A DNA stretch of 64,000 nt from Somniosus microcephalus (GCA_052327205.1 CM126228.1:42408001-42472000), one strand, 5' to 3'; numbered from the stretch's first letter, positions 36,704 through 48,707 are shown. Made by a program: numbers and translations. Notes: generated by a model not told the origin, from the letters alone.

Positions 36704-37379
36704 TGTAGCGGTTCGAGTAGATCGCCACTAAAATAAGAGAGTTTGACTTCGACGAACTATTAACAAGTTGTTTATTTACAGGAACAGACTAATTACATCA
36801 GGTAAGATGGCAGGTAAGATGGCTGACTGTAGGAGCACTGTGGTGTAGGTCTTGTCCCAGCGGGGACTCCACGAAGACTAACTGTAGGAGCACTGTGGAG
36901 AGCGTGATGACGTCATCACGCTCTGCTGTGTGTTCCCGCGCTTTGGGCGTCACGTGACTGCGTCGTGATGTCAGCACGTTCGCGTGCGCTTAGGCGGTCC
37001 CGTGACCTGCGCCGTTGCTTCGGTGCATCTCCCCGGCACGGAGGCTGGCCGTTGAGGCCGAGGTCGCGAAGCCAGGCTGTGCCGGTGCTTGCCGCGGGGG
37101 CGGAAGATCGCGTCGCTCCCGTCGGCTGGCCGATGCGGCCGAAGTCGCAGTAGGCCGGGCTGTGCCGGCGGCCGTCTCAGAAGACCGAGTCGGGCCGGCG
37201 GCCCGCGCGCGTGCGTCACGTGATGCGTGACGTCAGCGCGTTAGGTCGCCTCTTAAAGGGGCAACGGCCCCAACAGGTAAGTTATACATACATAAGTAAG
37301 TTAAGTACATAGTTAGGTAAGTTAAAGGGAATTATGTATATATATCTATATGTAAGGGACAACCGGTGGTACTGCCACA
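36704..37379 (-). mobile_element. Solo LTR (676 bp) with a CpG-island core, family L2
   Basis: Ends TGTAGCGGT...ACTGCCACA; 4-bp TSD TTCC at 36700-36703 and 37380-37383; AATAAA on the minus strand near 36770. Confidence 0.85.
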
Positions 37380-38804
37380 TTCCCATCTTTATTAAATTTA
37401 CTGTTAATAAACAGATATTATCACTACAGCCATTAATTAGCACCTTCAAACCAACTGGATTATTAGCTCCACAAGATTTTTTAAAGTCTACTAGCTAAGT
37501 TCCATGCAACTGCTCAATACAAGTTGGAAGTATTAAGAACAAGGGTATTATGGCAAGTAATAATACCAGTGACACTTAACTTACCAGCAGAACTGGGAGC
37601 ACTGTAATTACACCTCGGGCTCTGGCAGTACTAGGATATGTCCAGTAGTACTTAAGAGAAGTCCTGGAGTTTGGGAGCATTTAGAGAGGTTCTGTCAGCA
37701 TTTGAGCAGATCCCAGAGTCTGGGATAAGGACCATAGGATTTGGGAGCATTCAGGAAGGAGGTCCCAGGGTCTGGGAGGATTGGAGATGACCCAGCAGTT
37801 GTGTTCACTTGGAGAGATCTGGGTGGGGGCTTGTGAAGTCCAGGTGAACTGAGAGAGCGGCCCAGTGTATGACATCCTTGAAGAGTTGCCAGGATCTGGT
37901 AGTATTGGGGTGGAACAAGGGCTGGGTCCAGCACCTTTGCGGGGAGGGGTTTCAGAACAATGGGACTTGAACTACCCGTGGCCGTTTTTGGACCATCAGG
38001 TGCCTCGCCACTACATTCCTGCCTGTTAGCTTCCTTCCCTGACAAATCCTTGACCTCTTTAGTTATCAGGCAACCAGTCATTTGCTTTCTGTTTCATCAG
38101 CTGACTCTTGCTGAAAAGCTATAAATGTACTATTAGTGAATTTGTGACTTAGTCTTTAATAACCTTAACTTAAAAAAAACCTGATTGAATCCTCAAAATG
38201 TAATCGTTTAGATAGTTTCCAATTATACAACAAAAATGGTTCAGTCTTTCTCAAGAGAAAGATTTTCTAACTGAAATTGGAGCCAATGTGATGAGGGGAG
38301 GGGTTTGTCATAATTGACATGGACGACAGCCAATCAGTAGGAACCCCAAAGCACTCAAATTCATCGAGGTTTATCACTTGGATAAACAAATTGAAATTCT
38401 CTTCAACTTTTCCAGTGAGAATAAGAAGTCCGTTCTCAATAAACATTTTTTGTTTTGCTTTCCAAATGTCAAAAGAAACCACAACTGTTATGAATTACAG
38501 GTCCCGTCTAAATGGCAGAGATAAAAATTGAGCAGCACATACTTTAAAAAAAAAGTGAAATAATAGTTTGAGAATCCAATTTCCAGTCTGTTTTGAAGTC
38601 TTTCAGAAAAAGCAATGAAACTCAAATCCACACAGGATAATGGGATGCCTCAGTGCTTCAACTCAGAAACCTATTGATGCATGCTGGACAATTCTGCAAC
38701 CGGCTCACGTTCAGAATCTACAGATGTGCCTGGTCACTTCCTATAACTGCGAGAGAAAAAACATACATCGAAGCTTAGATTATTCAGGCACGCGAGATCT
38801 TGAC

Positions 38805-38936
38805 CAATGTTCACCCTGATTTTTTTTTGGGTGCGCGGCCTATTCACAGTTCATGCGCGAAATTTAACATTAGAAAAGCTGGTCCGGGCTGCGCGGGCTG
38901 AGAGCTGCGCGGCCACGCAGCTTAGAAGTAACATTG
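38805..38936. mobile_element. Small hAT-type MITE (132 bp)
   Basis: TIR CAATGTT/AACATTG; 8-bp TSD ATCTTGAC / GTCTTGAC. Confidence 0.85.
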
Positions 38937-38973
38937 GTCTTGACGTAAAAACTACAATGAAGGCATTAAAAGA

Positions 38974-41700
38974 TACATAGAAACATAGAAGATGGGAGCA
39001 GGAGTAGGCCATTCGGCCCCTCGAGCCTGCTCCGCCATTCAATGCGATCATGGCTGATCATCCAAATTCAGCACCCTGTCCCTGCTTTCTCCCCATATCC
39101 CTTGATCCCTTTAGCCTTAAGAAATATATCCAACTCCTTCTTGAATATATTTAATGAATTGGCCTCTACTGCCTTCTGTGGTAGAGAATTCCACAGGTTC
39201 ACCACTCTCTGGGTGAAGAAGTTCCTCCTCGTCTCTGTCCTAAATGGCTTACCCCTTATCCTTAGACTGTGATCCCTGGTTCTGGACTCCCCGACCATCA
39301 GGAACCTCCTTCCTGCATCTAGTCTGTCTAGTCCTGTTAGAATTTTATAAGTTTCAATGAGATCCCCTCTCATTCTTCAAAACTCCAGCGAGTACAAGCC
39401 CAATCGACCCAATCTCTCCTCATATGTCATTCCTGCCATCCCAGGTATCAGCCCGGTGAATCTTCGCTGCACTCCTTCCATGGCAAGAATATCCTTCCTC
39501 AGATAAGGCGACCAAAACTGCACACAATACTCAAGGTGTGGTCTCACCAAGGCCCTGTACAACTGCAGCAAGACATCCTGGTTCCTGTACTCAAACCCTC
39601 TTGCTACGAAGGCCAACATACCATTTGCCTTCTTAACCGCCTGCTGCACCTGCATGCTTACCTTCAGCGACTGCTGCACAAGGACGCCCAGGTCTCGTTG
39701 CACTTCCCCTTCTCCCAATCTATCGCCATTCAGATAATAATCTGCCTTCTTGTTTTTGACACCAAAGTGGATAACCTCGCATTTATCCACGTTATATTGC
39801 ATCTGCCATGCTTCTGCCCAATCACCCAACCTGTCCAAATCATACTGGAGTTTCTCGGCATCCTCCTCACAGCACACATGCCCACCCAGCTTTGTGTCAT
39901 CTGCAAACTTGGAGATATTACATCTAGTTCCCTCGTCCAGATCATTAATATATGTTGTGAATAGCTGGGGTCCAAGGACCGATCCCTGCGGTACCCCACT
40001 AGTCACTGCCTGCCACTCGGAAAAAGACCCGTTTAATCCAACTCTTTGCTTTCTGTCTGCCAACCAGTTCTCTATCCAAGTCAATACCTTGCCCCCAATC
40101 CCATGTGCCTTAACTTTACACGCTAATCTCTTATGCGGGACCTTATCGAAAGCATTTTGAAAGTCCAAATACACTACATCCACTGGTTCTCCCTTATCTA
40201 TTTTACCAGTTACATCCTCAAAAAATTCCAGTAGATTAGTCAAGCACGATTTACCTTTTGTAAATCCATGTTGACTTTGTCCGATCCGGTCACTGTTTTC
40301 CAAGTGCTCTGCTATTACATCTTTAATAATGGACTCTAGCATTTTCCCCACTACCGATGTCAGGCTTATCCTTAGACTGTGACCCCTGGTTCTGGACTCC
40401 CCCGCCATCGGGAACATCCTTCCTGCATCTAGTCTGTCTAGTCCTGTTAGAATTTTATAAGTTTCAATGAGATCCCCTCATTCTTCTAAACTCCAGCGAG
40501 TACAAGCCCAATCGACCCAATCTCTCCTCATACGTCATTCCTGTAATTCCCCATTTTCTCTCTACCACCTTTTTTGAACAGTGGGGTAACATTAGCTACC
40601 CACCAATCCATGGGTACTGTTCCAGTCTCGATAGAATTTTGGAAGATGACCAGCAATGCATCTACTATTTCTAGGGCCACTTCCTTAAGTACCCTAGGAT
40701 GTAGATTATCAGGCCCTGGGGATTTATCGACCTTCAATCCCATCAATTTCCCTAACACCATTTCCCTACAAATACTGATTTCTATCAGTTCCTCCCTTTC
40801 ATTAGACCCTATGTTCCCCGACATCTCTGGGAGGTTATTTGTGTCCTCCTTTGTGAAGACAAAACCAAAGTATGTATTTAATTGGTCTGCCATTTCTTTG
40901 TTCCCCATTATAAATTCCCCCGATTCTGACTGCAAGGGACCTACGCTTGACTTCACTAATCTTTTTCTCGTCACATATCTATAAAAGCTTTTACAGTCAG
41001 TTTTTATGTTCCCTGCAAACTTACTCTCATACTCTATTTCCCCCCTCTTAATTAATCCCTTTGTCCTCCTTTGTTGAATCCTAAACTGCTCCCAATCCTC
41101 AGGTTTACTGCTTTTTCTGGCCAATTTATATGTCCTCTCCTTGGATCTTATGCTATCTCTAATTTCCCTTGTTAGCCACAGTAGAGTCACCTTTTTTGTT
41201 TTATTTTTATGCCAAACTGGGATGAACAAATTCTGTAGTTCATCCATGCGATCTTTGACTGTTTGCCATTGCATATCCACCGTGAACCCTTTGAGTGACA
41301 TTCCCCAATCAATCCTACCCAACTCGCGCCTCAGACCATCGTAGTTTCCTTTATTTAAATTCAGGACCCTAGTCTCCGAGTCAACTACTTCACTCTCCAT
41401 CTTAATGAAGAATTCTATCATATTATGATTGCTCCCACCCAAGGGGCCTTGCACAACAAGATTGCTAATTAATCCTTTCTCATTACATAAGATGGCCTGA
41501 TCTCTAGTTGGTTCCTCGACATATTGGTCCAGCAAACCATCCCGTATACACTCCAGGAATTCCTCCTCCACAGTATTGTTATTAATTTGGTTAGCCCAAT
41601 CTATATGTAGATTAAAGTCACCCATGATAACTGCTGTGCCCTTATTGCACGCTTCTCTAATTTCCCTTTTAATGCCATCCCCAACCTCCGCATTACTGTT
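38974..41700 (-). mobile_element. Young 5'-truncated CR1 (end of the endonuclease, RT, 3' UTR)
   Basis: ORFs 40528-41703, 39377-40417 and 39068-39373 (IMGDFN, QGSVLGP, KFADDTKLG); an extra copy of a 3' segment is inserted at about 40369-40539. Confidence 0.95.
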
Positions 41701-41891
41701 CATTACAATTCAATGGGTAAATGTAATCATGTGAAATATTTAATTTTAAATAATTTTATTTTGTTTAAAACCTTATTTAGGACATTAGAAATTTCAGTTA
41801 CTGAGGAAAAAATCTTTCCAAAGAGTGTCTTAGCTAGAACTACATAGTATTTACAGCACAGAAGTAGGCCACTCAGCCCGTCAGGTCTATG

Positions 41892-42021
41892 TTCTGACAA
41901 AAGGTCATCAACTTGAAACGTTAACTGTTTCTCTCTCCACAGATGCTGCCTGACCTGCTGAGTATTTACAGCATTTTCTGTTTTTATTTCAGATTCCAGC
42001 ATCCACAGTATTTTGCTTTTG
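41892..42021 (+). mobile_element. Solo Penelope pLTR inserted in a CR1 tail (about 41842-42145, minus strand); hammerhead degenerate
   Basis: TSD TCAGGTCTATG at 41881-41891 and 42024-42034. Begins ttCTGACAAaaggtc..acttGAAAcgttaac, so the core G8 is lost. Confidence 0.85.
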
Positions 42022-42779
42022 CATCAGGTCTATGACTGTGTTTATGCTCCACACGAGCCTCCTCCCACCTTACTTCATCTCACCCTATCTGTGTATCCTT
42101 CTGTTCCTTTCTCCGTCATGTACTTATCTAGCTACCCCTTAAATGAATATGATTGGTGCATGGGTCATTTTCTTCTTTTTTTAAATGTTATTTTTACAGT
42201 CTAAGTTCTGCTGACTAGTTATTCAGGATTCATTGTTTTCCTAAGCCCTAATCATTGGCATTTTTCGAGCCGTTTTCCTCACTTTTGTATGCTTGCTACT
42301 TCTTCAGGCCTGATTTAGTGATCTGAGCCAATTAACATGTGTGATAGCAAAAGTGTGGCAAACAGGAAGTGCATGCTAGATGCAAGACTTCCAATATATT
42401 ACTCGGCGACTGCCTGTGTGGAATGCCATGGAAAATTAAGAGCTCAAGTGCAGTCTTGAGATGAAGCAGTGTTGGAGGATCTGGGATACTTGGACCAGGG
42501 TGTGCAGACGTTGTTCCGTCCAAGTTTTAAAGTCATGCATTCTGTCCTCATTTTTATATTATTTATAGTTAAATATCAAAGCTTACAGCAATTTGGGAAG
42601 CAGAAAAGTAGAGTTGGTAAAGTAGGAAGTTTCTCTGCAGTGTAGGCCGAGGAGCTGGGAGACACATAACAGAGATAAAATGGAGGCGCTACAGAGCCCC
42701 CAGTGGTAAGAGGATGTAAATTGCATTCTTACAACTTTACACAGACCGTTTCCATTATACATATTGACATAGAAATTAA

Positions 42780-44349
42780 GACCATGATTTTGCTGACCTT
42801 GGCGGGCCCGACCCCACTGCTGGCTCCAGCCCACTGTGTAAAATGAATTTCCCTTGATTGGGCTTAAGCCCACCCAGTGCGTGTCCCAGCCAATTAGAGG
42901 AAACAGGTCTGGTGACGTCATTTGATGACGTGTCATCAGCCGGTTTCCTTAAAGGGGCCATGACCAAATTTATTTTGACATTTGTGCTGTCAGTGTTCCA
43001 CAGCATTGAGGTGCTGCAAACACTGACAATGACTGCACAAAGGCACAGAGCTGTACCCAGGCTCCTCCATGACTCCCTCCATATGCTTATGGAGGGAGTC
43101 ACAGCACACAGGGAGGTCCTCTTCCCTTCCCATGGGCGGAAGAGACCTCCCCAGGAGATCAACACAGACTGGTTGCACATTGCAGAGGAGGGCACAAGCA
43201 GGGATGTGGTCAGGAGGACCTAGATTCAGTGGCGCAAACCTTTCAATTATCTCAGTAGATCACAAAGTCACACTCAACCTCATCCTGCTGTGTCTCTCAT
43301 CACATCCTCACCCTACTTCTGCGCATCCGTACACACACCAACTTACCTTGCGCCTCCACCTATCCCTCTCTATCTATATTATCACATCCCCATCTTACTA
43401 GCCATCCCTTACACTCACCCTTACCCTCATCCTAGTGCAATCATTCCAACTAACAACACACATGAGTAGCCACTTAGAGTGTTTTATCCAATGTTCATGT
43501 AAAGTTTCTGTTAATGTGACTTAGTAAATTGCAGTGAATGGCGAGACATATCGTTACCCCCCCCGCAATGGTCACGAGTGTGAAAGGAATGGCTTGGGCA
43601 TTGTAGGGATGCTTTATGGTGTTGGTGTGAGGTGGTGCCAACCTGGCGCATCATGTGGCACCCAGAGTGTCGTGTCAAGTGAAATAAATCTGGCCATGGT
43701 GAGGCCATCCCCGGGCAGCAATGTGGTCCGGTGCTGATGCCCTCTGTCCTGTGTAGCATCAGTTGATTGCGGAGAAGGTTGGTGTTGATGGTGCTGATCA
43801 TGGTGGGATTCGGAGGACCAAGGTGAGAGTATAAAGGGCATCCATGTTGATGGAATAGATGGCAGGTGAAGTTGAGATGACAGAAGCATTCTGTCAATGG
43901 TGTGAGAGGTTGTTCCAATGAGGTGACACTGGATAGAGAGTTTACTCCAAACACTTGCAACCTGCATAAAGCTCAATCTGTGTTCCAAATGCAGTAAGCA
44001 ACAGCTTCTGAGCTTGGAAAGTGAACAGCTGTGAGGTGAGAGCTTTTATAACACATTTCAAACTGTCAAGTAACCAGCTGATTCAATGGCCATTCATCTC
44101 TCACCTCGAGATCCCCGAGCAGCGAGAACCTCGTCGGCGAGCACGTAAAGTCAAAAGGTAAGCTAAAATGTAATCTTAATGATGTCTAAACAAGGTCAAT
44201 GATTTTAATTGGGTCCCCCGCCGCTGCTCAGCACTGACAGACCCGACATTGGTAAAGGCGTGTGGCGGCAGGACCACGTTGAATAAAAACCACTTTCACA
44301 CCCAACCCACCACCAATTGTGCCCGCTGACCCCCTGGAAAATTCCGGCC
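42780..44349. mobile_element. Deleted PIF/Harbinger transposon retaining a Myb/SANT-like ORF remnant
   Basis: Right end GAAAATTCCGGCC; degenerate left end GACCATGATTTTG. A possible transposase N-terminal trace (..LTECFCHLNFT) lies on the minus strand at about 43860-43930. Confidence 0.65.
43029..43262 (+). pseudogene. Harbinger Myb/SANT-like DNA-binding protein remnant (NAIF1/MSANTD-like)
   Basis: MTAQRHRAVPRLLHDSLHMLMEGVTAHREVLFP..DWLHIAEE..RRT*IQWRKPFNYL matches the Harbinger Myb pattern (REVLF..W..IAE..RT.xQCRK.F.DL); in-frame TAG at 43221-43223. Confidence 0.75.
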
Positions 44350-44352
44350 TAT

Positions 44353-44668
44353 GTGTCAGCCTCAGCTCAGTGGGCAGCACTCTGGTATCTGTGTCAGAAG
44401 GTTGTGGGTTCAAGCCCCACTCCAAAAACTTGAGCACAAAATCTAGGCTGACACTCCAGTGCAGTATAGCTCGATCAGCATCAATAAAACAGTTTAATTG
44501 GTCATTTAACTCATTGCTTTTTGTGGGAGCTTGTTGTGCGCAGATTGGCTACCACAATTCCCTACATTACAACAGTTACTACACATCAAAAGTACATCAT
44601 TGGTTATAAAGCATTTTGGATGTCCTGAAGTCATGAAAGGCGCTATATAAATGCAAGTTCTTTCGTTC
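44353..44668 (+). mobile_element. DeuSINE with an internal deletion
   Basis: tRNA-like head, AGGCTGACACTCCAGTGCAGTA, tail GCTATATAAATGCAAGTT. Confidence 0.8.
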
Positions 44669-44722
44669 TTACCTTGATTTAGTAACAATTTTGTGTTAAC
44701 TTTTTCCATTCAACACAAAATT

Positions 44723-45392
44723 GTTACAAAAATTCAGTTAGGGGCGCCCAGCTCGCCTGGGCGCCGGAATTACCGCTGCGCGCGAAGCCACTTGCGCCAG
44801 CGGGAAATTCACTTTCAGCGCCCCAAGTGGAAGCCGGCCGCTAAACAAGGGTTTCGGCGCCCCGCTTGGGGCGCTGAAACTGAATACCGGCGTGCAAACG
44901 GCAGCCTGCAGTACTGCAGGCCCTCCTCTCAGTCTTAAGGGGGAGGTGCCTGCAACAGCGCGATCCCCGCTCGCGAGTGCCGGCAAATGAGCCCGGCACC
45001 AAGGAGAAGTGCCGGGCTCTCTGGAAACAGCCGGCAATGCCGCGGGGGGGGGGGGGAGGGTCTAGGAGGCCGGGGACGGAGGTGCGGGCAGGCGGCCGCC
45101 GAAAAAGCGGCCGGCCGCACCTCCACCTTAACTCGCCCCACTACCGGCACAGGTAGGCCCCGTGTACCGGTCGCTGTTTGCGGCCGGCGCGGGGGAGGCG
45201 GCAGCAACCAAATATGGCCAGCGGGGCGATAGCGGTGCTCTGCGCACACCGATGACGTCATCGGTGGCGGCGCAGCGCTACTGGCTAACGCCGCCATTAG
45301 CGCCCCGCTAAATATCGCGGTAGGTTTGCACAGTGGCGCAAAAGCCCTCTTTGGGCGCAAACTGGTGGCGCAGGCCACTGAATTTCTAGGCC
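44723..45392. mobile_element. CpG-rich MITE (Harbinger-like ends)
   Basis: Right end ACTGAATTTCTAGGCC; left end ..AAAATTCAGT; very CpG-dense body with GGCGC repeats. Confidence 0.65.
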
Positions 45393-45657
45393 TATATGTT
45401 AGATATTTCATTGAGCTCGGCGCTGCTGGTCACTCCCATAATCAGACTTATGTCCCCTATGATCCAGAGTGCACCCTTTCTGTCCAATAGCTAGAGAACG
45501 ATAGAAGGACCCAGGGCTCTTAATACAGAATGCTTACTTCATACAGCAGTTGCTGAAATATACCATGTGCCACTGTGTGAATCTCATCTCTTCACAGAAG
45601 GGAGACTGAATCATATTACATTCAGTACAAAAAAGGTTGTAAGATTACCTACTGCAG

Positions 45658-46092
45658 GTGTTAGCTTGGTTTAATCAGTAGCACTCTTGCCTCAGTCAGA
45701 AAGTCCTGAGTTCAAGCCCCGCTCTAAAACTTGAGCACATAATCTAGCTGACAGTTTAGTGCATTCCTGAGGGAATGCTGAATTGCTGAAGGTGGCATTT
45801 TTTGAATCAAACTTTAAACTGAGCCAGTTTGTGCCTGCTCAAGTGGATATAAAAGAACCTATTTGTAGCACAGCAGGAAATTCTCCAGTCATCCAACATT
45901 CCTCCCTCATCAAACAGCACCAGGAAAAAAATAGATTAACTGGTTATTTATCTCCTATACTGTTTCTGGGACCTTGCTGCATGCATTTGCCTACAGAATA
46001 ATGATTGCAATTCAAAAGTAATTTGTTGGTTGTGAAACACTGAGACATCCTGAGGACATAAGGAGGCGCTATCTTAATGTCAGCCCTTTCTT
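45658..46092 (+). mobile_element. Decayed DeuSINE
   Basis: GTAGCACTCTTGCCTC..GAGTTCAAGCCCC..TTGAGCACATAATCTAG, matching the other copies. Confidence 0.75.
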
Positions 46093-46114
46093 TCATACCT
46101 CTGGGCTTCCTATA

Positions 46115-46439
46115 CAGGAAACTCTCAATTTACCAGCACCTAAACAACCGGAAATCTCTGTTAACCGGCAAAATTCAGGAGTAGGTTCAGGTAAGTTTTA
46201 CTTCATATTAGTGGCCGTTCCTGGATCTGTGGCTGTGTAACCGGGGCTCCTACACTTGTTGCTAAGCAACAGAGATGCTTGGTCTGTGGCCGGAGTTCCT
46301 GCATCTGTTGCTAAGCAACAGGGAAGCCTGGATTTGTTGCTGTGTACGGAGCTCTCGTACCTTTTACTATACCTCTCTGTAATCCGGACTTTTTGATAAA
46401 CCGGCACCACGCCAGTCCCGGATAAAAAAGAGTTTCCTG
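46115..46439. mobile_element. Tc1/mariner (Tigger-like) MITE
   Basis: TIR CAGGAAACTCT; TA TSDs at 46113-46114 and 46440-46441. Confidence 0.82.
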
Positions 46440-47280
46440 TACTTGGGAATCAGACTCCCGAGTTATACTGATGCTTTCTGGAACTGCTTCACGTTGATAT
46501 AAAAATGGTGGTAGAGCAGCAGCTGGAGACTGTGATTTATGCATCTTCTGTTCCTGCAGTAGCAGCCGTTAAGTTGTCCATTTTAAATGTACAATGCCAA
46601 CAGCAGAAGAAAATACAGAAACATAGACAACATAAGACCCAAGAGCCTGGAGCTGCTTTTCCTTGAATTCTCAAACAGCTGTAGAACTGTGGTCAGTGAT
46701 TTGTAAGGTCACCACTGGGAGACAACCCGTCCTGACTCGCAAGTGAAGTAACACAAATGGGCAGGGTTAAACTATATTCAGAGTTACACTGCAGCTCCAA
46801 CAGCAGCAGTTTATTTTGAAAAACTGCATTGTATGTTCTTCAGCCTTACAATGCTTCTTTAATTGCTATTACCTTTGCTTTATTTGAAGACAGACTGGAA
46901 TGCATTGATCTAGTTGTAGTCATACCAAGAACAAGTTTGAAAAATGAACAGCAATGAATATTTAAAGCTGCAATCTCCAACAACTGTTATTTTACAAATA
47001 CCGAAGTTCTACTTTAAAAAAACAAATTTCACAGCTTTAAAGTTTGAAATCTTGAAAACTATCCTTGTATGTTTCTTAAAACAGCTCATTTAAAGGGAGT
47101 ATTCCTTTAGAAAAATAAAATCAAGTTGGGGACAGCGGAGAAAGGAAGGAAGGAAATACGGCCTTAAATATTTTAACAAAATAAAAATGAAGTTGCAATT
47201 GGCCCTAGTCTTAACTTATAAATTTATGGTTGTTAAACATTTTAAGCTATCACTGACACAAAGATCATAATTCAACTCAC

Positions 47281-47404
47281 CAGGTGAAATACCAGTATAG
47301 ATGTCGGTGAACCTGGGGTCTCTCTCTTGAGAAAACAGCGGGTCCGTTTTGTCTATTGATTTCCCATGCTCTTGGACACCGGCAGATACAGTTGAAACAG
47401 GGAC
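47281..47404 (-). CDS. ARNT2: ARNT2 coding exon: VPVSTVSAGVQEHGKSIDKTDPLFSQERDPRFTDIYTGISP(G)
   Basis: 124 nt; acceptor tttaaaAG, donor GTgagt; phase 0 in, phase 1 out. FSQERDPRF is the ARNT2 signature (ARNT has FAQDRDPRF, from recollection). Confidence 0.93.
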
Positions 47405-47619
47405 CTTTTAAATAAACAGTGACATAAAGCCTATTATACCATCAATTCTTTCTGAAGTGCAGGCTTTGATCTAATCAGCAGATACGTTTTCTATTTTGTT
47501 TATTCATTTTTTGAATTGTAAAATCGTGCATCCTCAGGAAAAATATACAATCTCATGCCATGGGCGAGGCCACCTTTGAAGTATTGCTTGTGAGAATGTA
47601 ATTTCTTTGTATGCGTTAC

Positions 47620-47695
47620 CTGGGAAGGGTCATAGGAAGGTAGACCTTCTCTTGGACCGACTTCAAGCTCAGCTTGTTGTTGCTGCTGGAGTTGC
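47620..47695 (-). CDS. ARNT2: ARNT2 coding exon immediately after PAS-B: (K)QLQQQQQAELEVGPREGLPSYDPSQ
   Basis: 76 nt; acceptor tgttacAG, donor GTaacg; phase 2 in, phase 0 out. Matches ARNT2 KQLQQQQAELEV..DGL..YD.SQ. Confidence 0.92.
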
Positions 47696-48124
47696 CTGTA
47701 ACACAGAACATAAGCACAATGGGAAAAAACAAATCACAACAGCACTTATTTAAATTAGCCGTACTACAGAAGGCAGAAGTGGTTCGGCAGCTGCTTACAT
47801 TTCAGGAAACACCATCATTTCCAGCCAAATTCAAACTTCTAAATGATTACTGATTTCTCCCCGAACAGCTGCAACAATAATTACACACCAGCACACTATT
47901 AAAATATCACTTTCTGCATTTATTCATGTCTTTAAATTTGAATTCCTGAACAGTTTTGTGAAAAATCTATCATTAATGTCCAGACTGGTACCTGTTTGTC
48001 TGCATTTCAGAAACACATACAAATATTTTAATTGACTACTTAGACTACAGAGGACGTTTAAAAAGCTGTTCTTTTCTTCATCAAAATCACTTAATCCATT
48101 AATCCCAATATTAATAATTCTCTC

Positions 48125-48707
48125 TTTTATTCATTCATGGGATGTGGGCATTGCTGGCAAGGCCACCAGTTATTGCCCATCCCTAAATGCCCTTGAGGAG
48201 GTGGTGGTGAGCCGCCATCTTGAAACACTGCAGTCTGTGTGGTGAAGGTACTCCCACAGTGCTGTTATGTAGCGAGTTCCAGGATTTTGACCCAGCGATG
48301 ATGAAGGAACGGCGATATATTAAAGTCAGGATGGTGCATGACTTGAGAGGGGAACTTGGAGGTGGTGGTGTTCCAATGTGCCTGTTGCACTTGTCCTTCT
48401 AGGTGGTAGAAGTCGCGGGTTTGGGAGCTGCTGTCATAGAAGCCTTGGTGAGTTGCTGCAGTGCATCTTGTAGAAGGTACACACTGCAGCCTTGTTGCGC
48501 CGATGCTGGAGGGCCTGAACGTTTAAGGTGGTGGATAGGGTGCCAATCAAGTGGACTGCTTTGTCCTGGGTGATGTTGAGTTTCTTCAGTGTTTTTGGAG
48601 TTGCACTCATCCAGGCAAGTAGAGAGTATTCCATCTACTCCTGACTTGTACCTTGAAGGTGGTGGAAACCCTTTAGGGTGTCAGGAGGTGAGTCACTCAC
48701 CATAGAA
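48125..48707 (-). mobile_element. Old non-LTR retrotransposon 3' end (CR1 group, distinct from the main CR1 family); continues at 63913-64000
   Basis: YKSGVEMEYSLLAWMSA..KKLNITQDKA..LQHRR..FYKMH; the sequence resumes after the nest as GAATACCCAGCCTCTGACC. Confidence 0.75.

Noticed and set aside
44693-45411. CpG island or GC-rich ORFs suggesting a host promoter
   Set aside because: Bounded by MITE-like ends, with no recognisable protein; better explained as a young non-autonomous element.
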